Below are positions 18,216-27,789 of a stretch of 64,000 nucleotides of DNA, piece by piece. The first letter of the stretch is position 1. The number at the start of each line of letters is the position of its first letter. Position numbers and translations under genes: made by a program. The DNA comes from an uncultured Lachnospiraceae bacterium (GTDB lineage: Bacteria; Bacillota; Clostridia; Lachnospirales; Lachnospiraceae), in contig CAMUMG010000003.1 of the NCBI GenBank assembly GCA_947089905.1, positions 206,442-270,441 of the forward strand, given 5' to 3'. Under the pieces are notes generated by a model. The model worked only from the letters and a program-made list of their open reading frames with translations. It made no database searches and was not told the origin of the DNA.

Positions 18216-18587
18216 TCATAAAAGAATCTCATAAATCCCTTCAATAAAGCCTCTTTGAATTGCAATTTCTTCTTCTATCCTGTGAACACAGGAAAGGGAT
18301 TTTTCTTGTCCAAGCTTTAAACGTTGTAATACTTTAACCAATTCTTCTAACAGCGGCAATTCTTTCATCATCAAATTGCTATTTTGTAGATCTTGTGCAT
18401 CTACTTCCAATCCAATAGTATCCATATGGGTAAGAACTTCGATTAACAGCTGCATACCATCTGTAATTGCTGCCAACTGCTTATCCTGCTGGTTAAACGC
18501 TTCGAATATAAGTGTCTCTATTTTTGTCTGAATCGTTTCTAACTGTCCAGCTAAATCCATCAGTTCTGTTTTTGCATTACTATCCAT
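18216..18587 (-). CDS. Hypothetical helical protein
   Basis: 123-aa ORF immediately downstream of radA. No family recognised. Confidence 0.5.
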   Translation of the reverse strand: MDSNAKTELMDLAGQLETIQTKIETLIFEAFNQQDKQLAAITDGMQLLIEVLTHMDTIGLEVDAQDLQNSNLMMKELPLLEELVKVLQRLKLGQEKSLSCVHRIEEEIAIQRGFIEGIYEILL

Positions 18588-18613
18588 ATGTTATACCTCT
18601 CTAATCCTTTTTT

Positions 18614-19975
18614 CTATAACAATTTAGCAAATTCCCGAACACTGCTGATTCCGAGAAGACGAATCTTTTTATCTCCTATTTTTTCTACATTTGCCTTTGG
18701 CAAAATACAAAGTTCATATCCCAATTTTTCAGCTTCTACTACTCGCTGTTGTGCTTGACTTACTCCTCGTACCTCTCCTGTCAAACCTACTTCACCAAAA
18801 ACAATTGTTTTATCTTTAAGAGCATGATTTTTATAACTAGACAATAACGCTGCTACAATCGCCAAATCAAGAGCAGGTTCTCCAACTCGAATTCCACCTG
18901 CTACATTAAGATAGGCATCACAAAATGCCATCGAAATCCCAAGACGTTTTTCTAAAACTGCCATCAAAAGATTCATTCGGTTAAAATCTGTACCTGCTGC
19001 CGTTCTTCGTGGCATATTAAAATTTGTTTTACAGACTAATGCTTGTACTTCTACAAGCATTGGTCTAGTTCCTTCTAAAACAACAGATACCACTGAACCT
19101 GGCTCATCTTGTGGACGTCCCTTTAACATATAGTCAGATGGATTTAACACCTCTTTTAACCCGTCTGATTCCATTTCAAAGACACCTATTTCATTTGTCG
19201 AGCCAAAACGATTTTTTACTGCACGCAAAATACGGTAGGAAGCAGAATTTTCACCTTCAAAGTAAAGAACTGTATCCACCATATGTTCTAACAGACGTGG
19301 TCCTGCAACCATTCCTTCTTTTGTAACATGCCCGATAATAAAAACTGTAACTCCAAGCCCTTTTGCAATGCGCAACAGACCAGAAGTACACTCTTTTACC
19401 TGACTTACACTTCCGGGAGAAGCAGCAACATCTTCTTTATACATTGTCTGAATGGAATCGATCATAAGCACATCTGGATGAATTTGTTCTGTCTGACTTT
19501 CTATCGTATCTAAATTTGTTTCCGATAAAAGCATGATATCCCCTTCAAATGTTCCAAGTCGATCTGCACGCATTTTAATTTGGCGTAAAGACTCTTCTCC
19601 TGAAACATAAAGAATCTGCTTTTTCATTGCAGAGAGTTTTTTGCCTACTTGAAGCATTAATGTTGATTTTCCAATTCCGGGATCTCCACCAATTAAAACT
19701 AGTGATCCCTTGACAATCCCTCCACCTAACACTCTGTCAAACTCTGTAATTTTTGTCTTTGTACGAAGTTCTTCTTCTGTTTCTACTTCCGAAAGCTTCT
19801 TTGGTTTCATCATCTGTATACGATCTTGTCCTATCGTTAAACCAATAGTATTCTTTTTTGCTGCGGGTTCTTCTACAAAACTATTCCACTCTTTACAACC
19901 AGGACATTGCCCTAACCATTTTGAAGATTCGTATCCGCATGACTTACAAAAAAACACGGTCTTAATTTTTGCCAT
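18614..19975 (-). CDS. radA: DNA repair protein RadA/Sms
   Basis: 453 aa. N-terminal zinc finger CKSCGYES...CPGCKEW, Walker A GGDPGIGKST, KNRFG motif and a Lon-like C-terminal domain. Confidence 0.92.
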   Translation of the reverse strand: MAKIKTVFFCKSCGYESSKWLGQCPGCKEWNSFVEEPAAKKNTIGLTIGQDRIQMMKPKKLSEVETEEELRTKTKITEFDRVLGGGIVKGSLVLIGGDPGIGKSTLMLQVGKKLSAMKKQILYVSGEESLRQIKMRADRLGTFEGDIMLLSETNLDTIESQTEQIHPDVLMIDSIQTMYKEDVAASPGSVSQVKECTSGLLRIAKGLGVTVFIIGHVTKEGMVAGPRLLEHMVDTVLYFEGENSASYRILRAVKNRFGSTNEIGVFEMESDGLKEVLNPSDYMLKGRPQDEPGSVVSVVLEGTRPMLVEVQALVCKTNFNMPRRTAAGTDFNRMNLLMAVLEKRLGISMAFCDAYLNVAGGIRVGEPALDLAIVAALLSSYKNHALKDKTIVFGEVGLTGEVRGVSQAQQRVVEAEKLGYELCILPKANVEKIGDKKIRLLGISSVREFAKLL

Positions 19976-20037
19976 TTTCTGTATTCTTCCCCCTGCTAAC
20001 GAAATCTTCTTTTAATACAAACTATTTCTTTTTAAAT

Positions 20038-20451
20038 TTAGCATTTTACAACACGCACATTTGAAACACACTGAGGTTCTAATTCAACAGAAAATACTAG
20101 CTTTCCACCTAAGTTAGTCTTCATCTTTCCCACATTTGTATCATCAAGAAAGATCTTATACTCCTTTTCTGGCTCTAATTCTAGTGTAATCTGTGCATCT
20201 TCCTCTCCCTGTACAGAAAATCGAACTTCTTTATCTGTAATGAACAATCCACTGACACTAGTTCCTGGAACAGATTCATAGACAAATATACCATTCTTTT
20301 CTAATTTTGTAATCTCTTTAAATGTCTTTACTTTATATAAATCACCATTATGTTCAAAATCTGATACTTTTGTCTTTTGTGCAAGTGTATAATCCCCAAA
20401 GCTAATCGTCCCATCTGCTTCTTTTCTGATGATTGCTTCAAATAATGCCAT
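20038..20451 (-). CDS. Hypothetical protein
   Basis: 137-aa ORF with an AGGAGGA RBS just upstream of the ATG. No family recognised. Confidence 0.55.
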   Translation of the reverse strand: MALFEAIIRKEADGTISFGDYTLAQKTKVSDFEHNGDLYKVKTFKEITKLEKNGIFVYESVPGTSVSGLFITDKEVRFSVQGEEDAQITLELEPEKEYKIFLDDTNVGKMKTNLGGKLVFSVELEPQCVSNVRVVKC

Positions 20452-20523
20452 GCCTATTATCCTCCTGTACTTGGCTAATTAATTTCACATTTACTGATAA
20501 AACAATTCTTACTGCTTTATTAT

Positions 20524-20552
20524 ATACTATCACAGACAAAAATTCTAGTAAA
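20524..20552 (-). promoter_or_regulatory. Putative promoter for the 137-aa gene and radA
   Basis: Minus strand: TTTACT, 17 nt, TGa-TAGTAT. Confidence 0.35.
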
Positions 20553-20608
20553 TATTCAATGTTTTTTCTTTTTTATATGGAACACGACAAAGTATTATTT
20601 TATATTCC

Positions 20609-21730
20609 TTATGGATTACATTTTTTGCATGGGCTATAACCTTCTTCTTCCAGTTCTTTTTTACTTTTTTGTGAATCCTCTCGATTGACCTCTGGAACTA
20701 AACTACAATCTGGAAGATGAAATTTTTTTGTTTCTGTATTTAATACATATACCGTTTCTTTAGAAGGTTTTACCTTATCAGCTTTTGGAGTGGGACTGAC
20801 ACTGGACTTTGTAGCTTCCCCTACCTGCCATGTTTCAGATGGAGAGGCATTCCATGTAATTTCTTTTCCATCTGAAACAGCCAAAATCGTACCTTGTTCA
20901 TCTGTACGATATACTTTTATTCCGCGATCTCGAAATTCATTTAACACTTTTGCATGTGGAAATCCATATGAATTTCCCTCTTTACAGCTTATTACAGAAA
21001 ATTTTGGAGATACTGCATCTAATAAAATTTCACTTGATGCAGTTTTACTTCCATGATGTCCAGCATGATAAACATCTGCCTGTATAGAACGCCCTGACTC
21101 TACAATATCCTTTTCTGCCTCCTCTTCCGCATCTCCTGTAAATAAAAATGTTGTTTCTCCATTTTTTAATAGTAGAGCGATAGAAGCATTATTTGGATCG
21201 CTATATGTATTGATTGGTGCAAGAATCGTAAATTCTGCACTTCCTAAAGAATAAACTTCTCCAGGTATAGGAGTAAAATAATCTACCTTTTTATCATCCA
21301 ATGCCTGTATTAACTTTTGATATGTTTTATTATCTTTCTCATAATTAGAAATAAAAGTAGTATCAATTTCGAACTTTGTTATAATAACTGCTGCACTTCC
21401 GATATGATCGGCATCTGGGTGAGTTAATACTAAATAATCTAACTTATCTACTCCATTTTTACTTAAATAATTTTGAATTGCTGTTCCTTGATCTGATGTA
21501 CTGGTATCAATCACCATTGCGGCATCACCACATTTAATTAAAGTACAATCTCCCTGACCTACATCTAAAAAATGAACCTCCATTAAGTCATAGGTATTGT
21601 CTAATACTTCCTCTTGCTGTTTTGTCTGTACAGAATGATTATCTGCTTCTGTATCAATTTCTCCACAGCCTATAAGAGAAAATGCAAGCAACATAGAAAG
21701 CATACCAAGCAAAATTTTTCTTCGCTTCAT
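20609..21730 (-). CDS. Exported MBL-fold hydrolase (ComEC C-terminal-domain-like) with a C-terminal Cys motif
   Basis: Start at MKRRKILLG (ATG 21730, GGAGGG RBS). Lipobox LIGC. HPDADH metallo-beta-lactamase motif. The tail FHLPDC...SPCKKCNP resembles a small Zn-binding motif. Confidence 0.7.
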   Translation of the reverse strand: MKRRKILLGMLSMLLAFSLIGCGEIDTEADNHSVQTKQQEEVLDNTYDLMEVHFLDVGQGDCTLIKCGDAAMVIDTSTSDQGTAIQNYLSKNGVDKLDYLVLTHPDADHIGSAAVIITKFEIDTTFISNYEKDNKTYQKLIQALDDKKVDYFTPIPGEVYSLGSAEFTILAPINTYSDPNNASIALLLKNGETTFLFTGDAEEEAEKDIVESGRSIQADVYHAGHHGSKTASSEILLDAVSPKFSVISCKEGNSYGFPHAKVLNEFRDRGIKVYRTDEQGTILAVSDGKEITWNASPSETWQVGEATKSSVSPTPKADKVKPSKETVYVLNTETKKFHLPDCSLVPEVNREDSQKSKKELEEEGYSPCKKCNP

Positions 21731-21788
21731 TTTAACCGACCCTCCAAGTCTTTTTCTTTCATTTTTTAATTGTAGCATAAAAAAATAA

Positions 21789-21820
21789 AACTGCCAATCC
21801 TGTTTCCAGAATTGACAGTT
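21789..21820 (-). terminator. Rho-independent terminator after clpC
   Basis: On the minus strand, AACTGTCAATTCTG gaaac AGGATTGGCAGTT (14-bp stem with 2 G-U pairs) followed by TTATTTTTT. Confidence 0.7.
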
Positions 21821-21826
21821 GATAAA

Positions 21827-24286
21827 TTATTTTGTTCTTTTTTTACGAATCGAAAGTTTTACCTCTTCATCCTTTGCGCTCAAAGATATGGTATCCCCTG
21901 GAGCAATTCTTCCCTCTAAAATCGATTCTGCCATTCGATCTTCTACCAGTGTCTGAATTGTACGTCTTAGTGGTCTTGCACCATATTTTTCATCAAAACC
22001 CTTTTGTACAATTAATTCGACAAATGGCTCGTCTGTTTTTACGTTTAATTCCATTTGTAACTTACAACGTTTTATAATTTCTTTTAACATAACTTGAACA
22101 ATTTCATGAACTTCTTGTTTTCCAAGAGCATGAAAAACGATAATTTCATCAATGCGGTTTAAAAATTCTGGCTTAAAAATACGTTTTACCTCTTCCATTA
22201 CATTGTCTTTCATACGTTTATAATCTGCTTGAGAATCTTCACTTGAAACAAATCCAAGCTTTTTTGGAGAAATAATATTTTGGGCACCTGCATTTGAAGT
22301 CATAATAATAATAGTATTTTTAAAGCTGACTTTTCTTCCCTGAGCATCTGTAATATGACCATCATCTAATACCTGTAAAAGGATATTAAAAACATCTGGA
22401 TGTGCCTTTTCAATTTCATCGAATAAAATTACAGAATAAGGGTTTCTACGTACTTTTTCACTTAACTGACCCCCTTCTTCATATCCGACATATCCTGGCG
22501 GAGAACCGATCATTTTAGATACACTATGTTTCTCCATATATTCAGACATATCAACCCGAATCATTGCACTCTCTTTTCCAAACATCGCCTCCGCTAATGC
22601 TTTAGACAATTCTGTCTTTCCAACACCAGTTGGCCCAAGAAATAGAAAAGAACCTATTGGACGATTTGGATCTTTTAATCCTACTCTTCCTCTTCGAATT
22701 GCTCTTGCCACTGCTGTAACCGCTTCTTTTTGTCCAATCACTCGTTCATGTAGAATATCTTCTAACTTTAATAATCTCTCACTTTCTCCTTCTTCTAGCT
22801 TTTGAACTGGAATTTTTGTCCAGCCAGAAACAACATCTGCAATTTCTGTAGCTGTAACACTTAACTGTGCTTCCTCTCGCTCTTTTTCCTGTTCTAATTT
22901 CAAGCGGTTTAATGTATCTTTTAACTTTTGCTGTTTCTTTTTAATTTCCCCCGCCCTCTCAAAAGATTCGCTTTTTATTGCTTCCTCTTTTTCTTGTTCT
23001 AGGGCAGTAATCTTTTCTTCTAATTCTTTTGCCTTTGGAGAAACGATATACACACTAAGACGAACTTTAGAAGCTGCTTCGTCCATCACATCAATCGCTT
23101 TATCTGGTAAATAGCGATCATTAATATAACGACTGGAAAGTTTAACCGCCGCCTCTACTGCTTCATCTGTGATAGTCACACGATGGTGTGTTTCGTATCG
23201 TGGGCGAATTCCATGTAAAATCTGAATTGTCTCCTCTTCTGATGGCTCTTCTACTACTACAGGCTGAAATCTGCGCTCTAATGCTGCATCCTTTTCGATA
23301 TATTTGCGGTATTCCTCTCTAGTTGTTGCTCCAATTAATTGAAGTTCTCCTCTTGCTAAAGATGGCTTTAAAATATTCGATGCGTCTATTGCCCCTTCTG
23401 CACCTCCTGCACCAATAATCGTATGCAGCTCATCAATAAAGAGAAGTACATTTCCATCATAGATCACTTCTGAGATTGCTTTTTTAATTCTCTCTTCAAA
23501 TTCTCCCCGATATTTTGAACCTGCTACCATTCCTGATAAATCTAAGGTAAGCACTCTCTTATCCTTAATGGTATCAGGAACATCTCCCTGTACAATTTTT
23601 TGAGCTAAGCCTTCTGCTACCGCTGTTTTTCCAACTCCTGGTTCTCCAACTAAGCAAGGATTATTTTTTGTACGTCTACTTAAAATTTGAATTACCCTTT
23701 GAATTTCTTTTTCTCTTCCAATAACTGGATCCAATTTTTCTTCTCTTGCATAGGCAGTCAAATCTCTACTATATTGATCTAGGGTTGGCGTTTGACTTTT
23801 TCCACGTCCTTTTCCCTTACTCGCAGAATATTCATTTTTGGCTGTCCCTGAATCAATTCCCATAGCATTTAATAAATCAACATAGATCTTTTGAAGATTG
23901 ACTCCCAATGTATTTAAAAGACGAACTGCAATACAATCCTGCATTTTTAATAATGCTAATAAAATATGCTCTGTACCAATAAATTCTGAGCCTGCCCTTT
24001 TTGCCTCTCTATCACTTTGCTGTAAAATTCCCTGTGCTCTTGGAGTTAATTTTCCCTCCTCCTCATATTCCGCAACGGTATTTGTTGATATAAGCTGACT
24101 GACTAACTCTAAAATTCGTTCTTCCTGAACGTTATTTTCCTTTAGAACACTTGCTGCTGCTCCATTTGTGTGAAGTAGTCCAAGTAAAAGATGTTCTGTT
24201 CCAATATAGCCATGTGCTAATTGTTTGGCAGCTTCTGCTGCCAGATTAATTGCCATTCTAGCATTCTCTGTAAATCGTTCTTTCAT
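21827..24286 (-). CDS. clpC: ATP-dependent Clp protease ATP-binding subunit ClpC
   Basis: 819 aa. Double Clp_N repeat, two AAA+ modules (GEPGVGKT and GPTGVGKT) and a UVR-like middle domain. Confidence 0.93.
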   Translation of the reverse strand: MKERFTENARMAINLAAEAAKQLAHGYIGTEHLLLGLLHTNGAAASVLKENNVQEERILELVSQLISTNTVAEYEEEGKLTPRAQGILQQSDREAKRAGSEFIGTEHILLALLKMQDCIAVRLLNTLGVNLQKIYVDLLNAMGIDSGTAKNEYSASKGKGRGKSQTPTLDQYSRDLTAYAREEKLDPVIGREKEIQRVIQILSRRTKNNPCLVGEPGVGKTAVAEGLAQKIVQGDVPDTIKDKRVLTLDLSGMVAGSKYRGEFEERIKKAISEVIYDGNVLLFIDELHTIIGAGGAEGAIDASNILKPSLARGELQLIGATTREEYRKYIEKDAALERRFQPVVVEEPSEEETIQILHGIRPRYETHHRVTITDEAVEAAVKLSSRYINDRYLPDKAIDVMDEAASKVRLSVYIVSPKAKELEEKITALEQEKEEAIKSESFERAGEIKKKQQKLKDTLNRLKLEQEKEREEAQLSVTATEIADVVSGWTKIPVQKLEEGESERLLKLEDILHERVIGQKEAVTAVARAIRRGRVGLKDPNRPIGSFLFLGPTGVGKTELSKALAEAMFGKESAMIRVDMSEYMEKHSVSKMIGSPPGYVGYEEGGQLSEKVRRNPYSVILFDEIEKAHPDVFNILLQVLDDGHITDAQGRKVSFKNTIIIMTSNAGAQNIISPKKLGFVSSEDSQADYKRMKDNVMEEVKRIFKPEFLNRIDEIIVFHALGKQEVHEIVQVMLKEIIKRCKLQMELNVKTDEPFVELIVQKGFDEKYGARPLRRTIQTLVEDRMAESILEGRIAPGDTISLSAKDEEVKLSIRKKRTK

Positions 24287-24330
24287 TTTTTGCCTCCATG
24301 CTGCAACTGTTTTTTAAGAATAACAAATGA

Positions 24331-25365
24331 TTATATCAGTTCTGGTATTCGCTGATTTAGATACTCTGCTCTAACTCGATCCCTATCTCCATTTCCAATA
24401 CTTTTTCCATAGTGACGTTGTATACTGGCAGGCTGAATTTCCATCATTACTTGGTGAAAATTTGTCTGACCTTTTAAGTTGATTAAGCCTGTATCCATTC
24501 CTAACTTTACTTGAGATAATAGAGTCATTGCATCTATGGTATTTAAAAGTTTCGCATATTTTAGTATTCCATAAGAACGGTATACCTTATCTGTAATTTC
24601 TTCTTTATTTACCATTAACATATATTCTCGATATTTTCGTTCTAATTTAATAATCTGATCTAAAATTTGTGCTAAATTTTCTAATATTTCTTGTTCCGAA
24701 CTTCCAAGTGTCTTTTGATTAGAAATCTGATAAATAAATCCTAATGCTTTTGTTCCCTCTCCATAAATACCCCGAATTGTAATGCCATATTTTCTAACTT
24801 CCTCTGATAGACGCTCCACCTTTCCAGTCATAGTAAGTGCAGGAAGAAAAACCATATAGGAGGCTCGTAGTCCTGTTCCAGTATTAGTTGGACAAGTAGT
24901 TAGATATCCGAATTTTTCATCATAGGCAAATGGCATTTGACTACTTAATAAGTCGTCGATTTTATCTGCCTTTGCCAATGCCTGTTTCATCTTCATACCA
25001 CCTGTTACTGTTTGAATTCGAAGATGATCTTCTTCATTTACCATAATACTGACATCTTCATCCTCTGAAAGTAAAAGTCCTGTCTTTTCCTGCTTTTTTG
25101 CTAATTGTGGACTGATAATATGCCATTCTACCAAAGCAGTTCGCTCAATTTCTGCCAATTTATTAATTTGACAATAATAATATTTTATATTCTCTTTCTC
25201 TCTAAGTAAGACAGTGCAATCTTTGACTGCTTGAAATAGTACCTTTGCTTCTTCGCTTGACATTCGATCTGCAAACCGTAGATTTTTTAAATTCCTTGCC
25301 AATCGAATTCGGCTAGAGATTACAACATCTCCAACATCTGTTGTTTCTTCATACCATTTTGCCAT
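24331..25365 (-). CDS. mcsB: Protein arginine kinase McsB
   Basis: 344 aa. Guanido phosphotransferase domain (NEEDHLRIQ, CPTNTGTGLRAS). Confidence 0.9.
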   Translation of the reverse strand: MAKWYEETTDVGDVVISSRIRLARNLKNLRFADRMSSEEAKVLFQAVKDCTVLLREKENIKYYYCQINKLAEIERTALVEWHIISPQLAKKQEKTGLLLSEDEDVSIMVNEEDHLRIQTVTGGMKMKQALAKADKIDDLLSSQMPFAYDEKFGYLTTCPTNTGTGLRASYMVFLPALTMTGKVERLSEEVRKYGITIRGIYGEGTKALGFIYQISNQKTLGSSEQEILENLAQILDQIIKLERKYREYMLMVNKEEITDKVYRSYGILKYAKLLNTIDAMTLLSQVKLGMDTGLINLKGQTNFHQVMMEIQPASIQRHYGKSIGNGDRDRVRAEYLNQRIPELI

Positions 25366-25933
25366 CCTCTTTTCCCTCCTTCGATGATCCAGTTCGCTTT
25401 ACCTTTTGTTTCTGTTTTAAATCACGAATGATATCTCGAAGTCTTGCCGCTTCTTCAAATTCCTCTACTTCAACTGCCTGTTGTAATTGTAGTGTTAATC
25501 GTTCGATCTCTGAAAGATTAGATTCCTGAGTGTGATTTTCCTTTTGTGTAGATTCTATACTTAAATCATTTTTCTTTAGATGTTTTCCACAGTGACAGTC
25601 AGCTCCGTGAAGATTTTTAAGAAGTTTTTCTAAAAAGGGAGCAAACGTATGATAACACTGAGCACATCCAAATCTTCCCTGTTTTAAAAATTCTTCATAT
25701 CCTAATCCGCAGACTGGACAGATTGTTTCTTTTTGTTTTTCTTGGTGTGTCCCTGCTGCACCAAGAAGTAGACCTGACAAAATTCCCCCCAGCCCAGAAA
25801 CATTCTTTATGATTAAAGAAGGGGTGTACTCTGTTGCACACTCTTCACACAAATGTTGTTCTTGTTTTTCTCCATTTTTTATTTCTGTATAAAAAATTTT
25901 TGCTTCTCTTTTTTTACAGATATCACATAACAT
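25349..25933 (-). CDS. mcsA: McsA (UvrB/UvrC-motif, zinc-finger activator of McsB)
   Basis: Start at MLCDICKKREA (ATG 25933, GAGGGAGGA RBS). Cys-pair zinc fingers and a C-terminal UVR motif EEFEEAARLRDIIRDLK. Confidence 0.85.
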   Translation of the reverse strand: MLCDICKKREAKIFYTEIKNGEKQEQHLCEECATEYTPSLIIKNVSGLGGILSGLLLGAAGTHQEKQKETICPVCGLGYEEFLKQGRFGCAQCYHTFAPFLEKLLKNLHGADCHCGKHLKKNDLSIESTQKENHTQESNLSEIERLTLQLQQAVEVEEFEEAARLRDIIRDLKQKQKVKRTGSSKEGKEDGKMV

Positions 25934-25964
25934 GGAAATTCCTCCCTCTACTCGGTATTCCAAA

Positions 25965-26345
25965 TCATTTCCCATCTTCACAAAATTCCTGACAGATCGT
26001 ATCTACGATTTGATGTATTTCGTCTACTGTTACATTTTTACAAATTGCTTGTGCTAAAATCACACGTAATCGTTCCCTTAATTGTATAAGTGTATGTTCT
26101 TTATTACAATCTACCGCAATGACAGCACCTTTACGTCGATCTAATTTTACATAGCCTTCCTGTTTTAATATAGTATATGCTTTATTTACTGTATGCATAT
26201 TAATTCCAATATTTTCCGCCAATTCACGAACAGAAGGAAGATTATCTCCTTCCTGAATTTCTGACATTGCTATACTTAGTATGATCTGATTACGCAGTTG
26301 AATATACAAAGCCTCATCACTATTAAAATCAATGGTCACTATCAT
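25965..26345 (-). CDS. Small GntR-family (YtrA-like) winged-helix transcriptional regulator
   Basis: 126 aa. LPSVRELAENIGINMHTVNKAYTILKQEGYV is a typical GntR HTH. It lies 31 nt upstream of mcsA. Confidence 0.8.
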   Translation of the reverse strand: MIVTIDFNSDEALYIQLRNQIILSIAMSEIQEGDNLPSVRELAENIGINMHTVNKAYTILKQEGYVKLDRRKGAVIAVDCNKEHTLIQLRERLRVILAQAICKNVTVDEIHQIVDTICQEFCEDGK

Positions 26346-26451
26346 CTTATCCTCATTTCTGCGCCTATACTGTCTTTTTGCACATAGGTAACTTTTCAGT
26401 TCATCTCAAATTATATTCTATAAGAAAAATTAATTGCCTTCTGTTATACAT

Positions 26452-26479
26452 ATTATAGCACAGATTATTATATTTTCAA
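26452..26479 (-). promoter_or_regulatory. Putative sigma-A promoter of the GntR-mcsA-mcsB-clpC operon
   Basis: Minus strand: TTGAAA (26479-26474), 16 nt, TGc-TATAAT (26457-26452). Confidence 0.5.
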
Positions 26480-26500
26480 TACCCTATTTAAAAAAACAGA

Positions 26501-26535
26501 TAAGGAGCAGTTGCAAATACTGCAACTGCTCCTTA
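26501..26535 (-). terminator. Rho-independent terminator after the cohesin/cadherin-like gene
   Basis: Perfect 15-bp stem TAAGGAGCAGTTGCA / TGCAACTGCTCCTTA with a 5-nt loop. A T-run follows on the minus strand. Confidence 0.8.
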
Positions 26536-26539
26536 TCAC

Positions 26540-27778
26540 TTAATCGTCTAAATTTCTTCGACGAATAACAAGTGCTATGACACTGATCAATAAAATAAGA
26601 CAAATACCCGCTGCTACTGCAAGTGCAAGACTTAATTTACTAATAGTTTGTTCATACCTCATTAAGTCCGAAGCATCCTGCAAAAACTCTTGTTCCTCTA
26701 AACTTTTACTTGTGCTTGAAATAACATTTTTTTCTTGTAGATATCGCTGAACTGTCTTTTCTACACGATCATACCGATATAATCCTGTTTCTCCTGCTTC
26801 ATTTTCTAAAATTAACAACAAAAAATCCGAATCTGTATCTTCTGTATTTGTATATGCCCAAATAGTAACTCCATTCATAATAAAAGAGGTCTTTGTATAA
26901 TCTGCTGGAATTGTAATTTGGGCATCCTTTTCTTTTACTGTATAAAAATATTGTCCAGTTAGTTTAGGAATTCCTCTCTCTTCATAAACTTCAAATCGCC
27001 ATTCTGGTGCTTCTGTTTCTGGTATAGGTGTTGCACTTGGTGTAATTAGTGCCTCTTTTGCAACATGAATTGTATAGATTAACTCGTTGCCCGCTGGAGC
27101 CTTTACATGGATCTCAACTATATTATTTCCTTCTTTTAATTCACTATTTCCAGTAACCGACACTTTACACTCCAGATCTTCTGGCACTGCACTGACTGTC
27201 AATTTGATTGTATCGCTATCTACCACCGTGCTATATTCAAAAATTCCACTCTCAAAAGTTGGAGTTAAATTACCTGGACTAATTTTCATCGCTGCAAGTC
27301 TTGCATTGTCAGACTCTTGTGGAGCAGGTAAAATAGTAAATCCTAAAACTCCACTAGAAACAGACATTGCATTTTTTGTATCATATTCATAGGCAACTGG
27401 ATTATTTGTCATTTCAAATTGGCATGTACCTTCTTGCAGTACCCGAAATGTCATTCGATAATTTCTCGCATCCCAGCTTGGTGAAGCACCTATATCAGAA
27501 ATGGTTAATAATCCATTTTCTCCTGTAATACAGGAAGGACCAGATATATATTCTAATAGACTAGAACTATAAATAAGTGAACCTTCAAAATCTCCAAGTG
27601 TTGTATCTGAACCTACCATCATTTGAACTGAAATTTCTTCTCCAACATAGACCTCTTTTTCTGGTGCTTCAAACCAAATGGTTGCACTTGCAGCATATAA
27701 ATTTTTATCTTTTGAAAACAAAATTCCTAATATAACAAGTCCCAGACAAATCCACCATTTTTTGTACTTGTTTTTCAT
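26540..27778 (-). CDS. Secreted, C-terminally membrane-anchored protein with cohesin-like and cadherin-like beta-sandwich domains
   Basis: 412 aa. Signal peptide, a cohesin-like N-terminal domain, a cadherin-like module (LAAMKISPGNLTPTFESGIFEYS...) and a C-terminal TM helix plus RRRN. Confidence 0.6.
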   Translation of the reverse strand: MKNKYKKWWICLGLVILGILFSKDKNLYAASATIWFEAPEKEVYVGEEISVQMMVGSDTTLGDFEGSLIYSSSLLEYISGPSCITGENGLLTISDIGASPSWDARNYRMTFRVLQEGTCQFEMTNNPVAYEYDTKNAMSVSSGVLGFTILPAPQESDNARLAAMKISPGNLTPTFESGIFEYSTVVDSDTIKLTVSAVPEDLECKVSVTGNSELKEGNNIVEIHVKAPAGNELIYTIHVAKEALITPSATPIPETEAPEWRFEVYEERGIPKLTGQYFYTVKEKDAQITIPADYTKTSFIMNGVTIWAYTNTEDTDSDFLLLILENEAGETGLYRYDRVEKTVQRYLQEKNVISSTSKSLEEQEFLQDASDLMRYEQTISKLSLALAVAAGICLILLISVIALVIRRRNLDD

Positions 27779-27789
27779 CAGCTTCCTCC

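Noticed and set aside
26346-26500. CtsR operator (GGTCAAA direct repeats) upstream of the mcsA-mcsB-clpC operon
   Set aside because: Neither GGTCAAA nor its complement occurs in the interval. An imperfect inverted repeat around 26441-26463 (CTGTTATA...TATAGCACAG) is too weak in AT-rich DNA to call as an operator.
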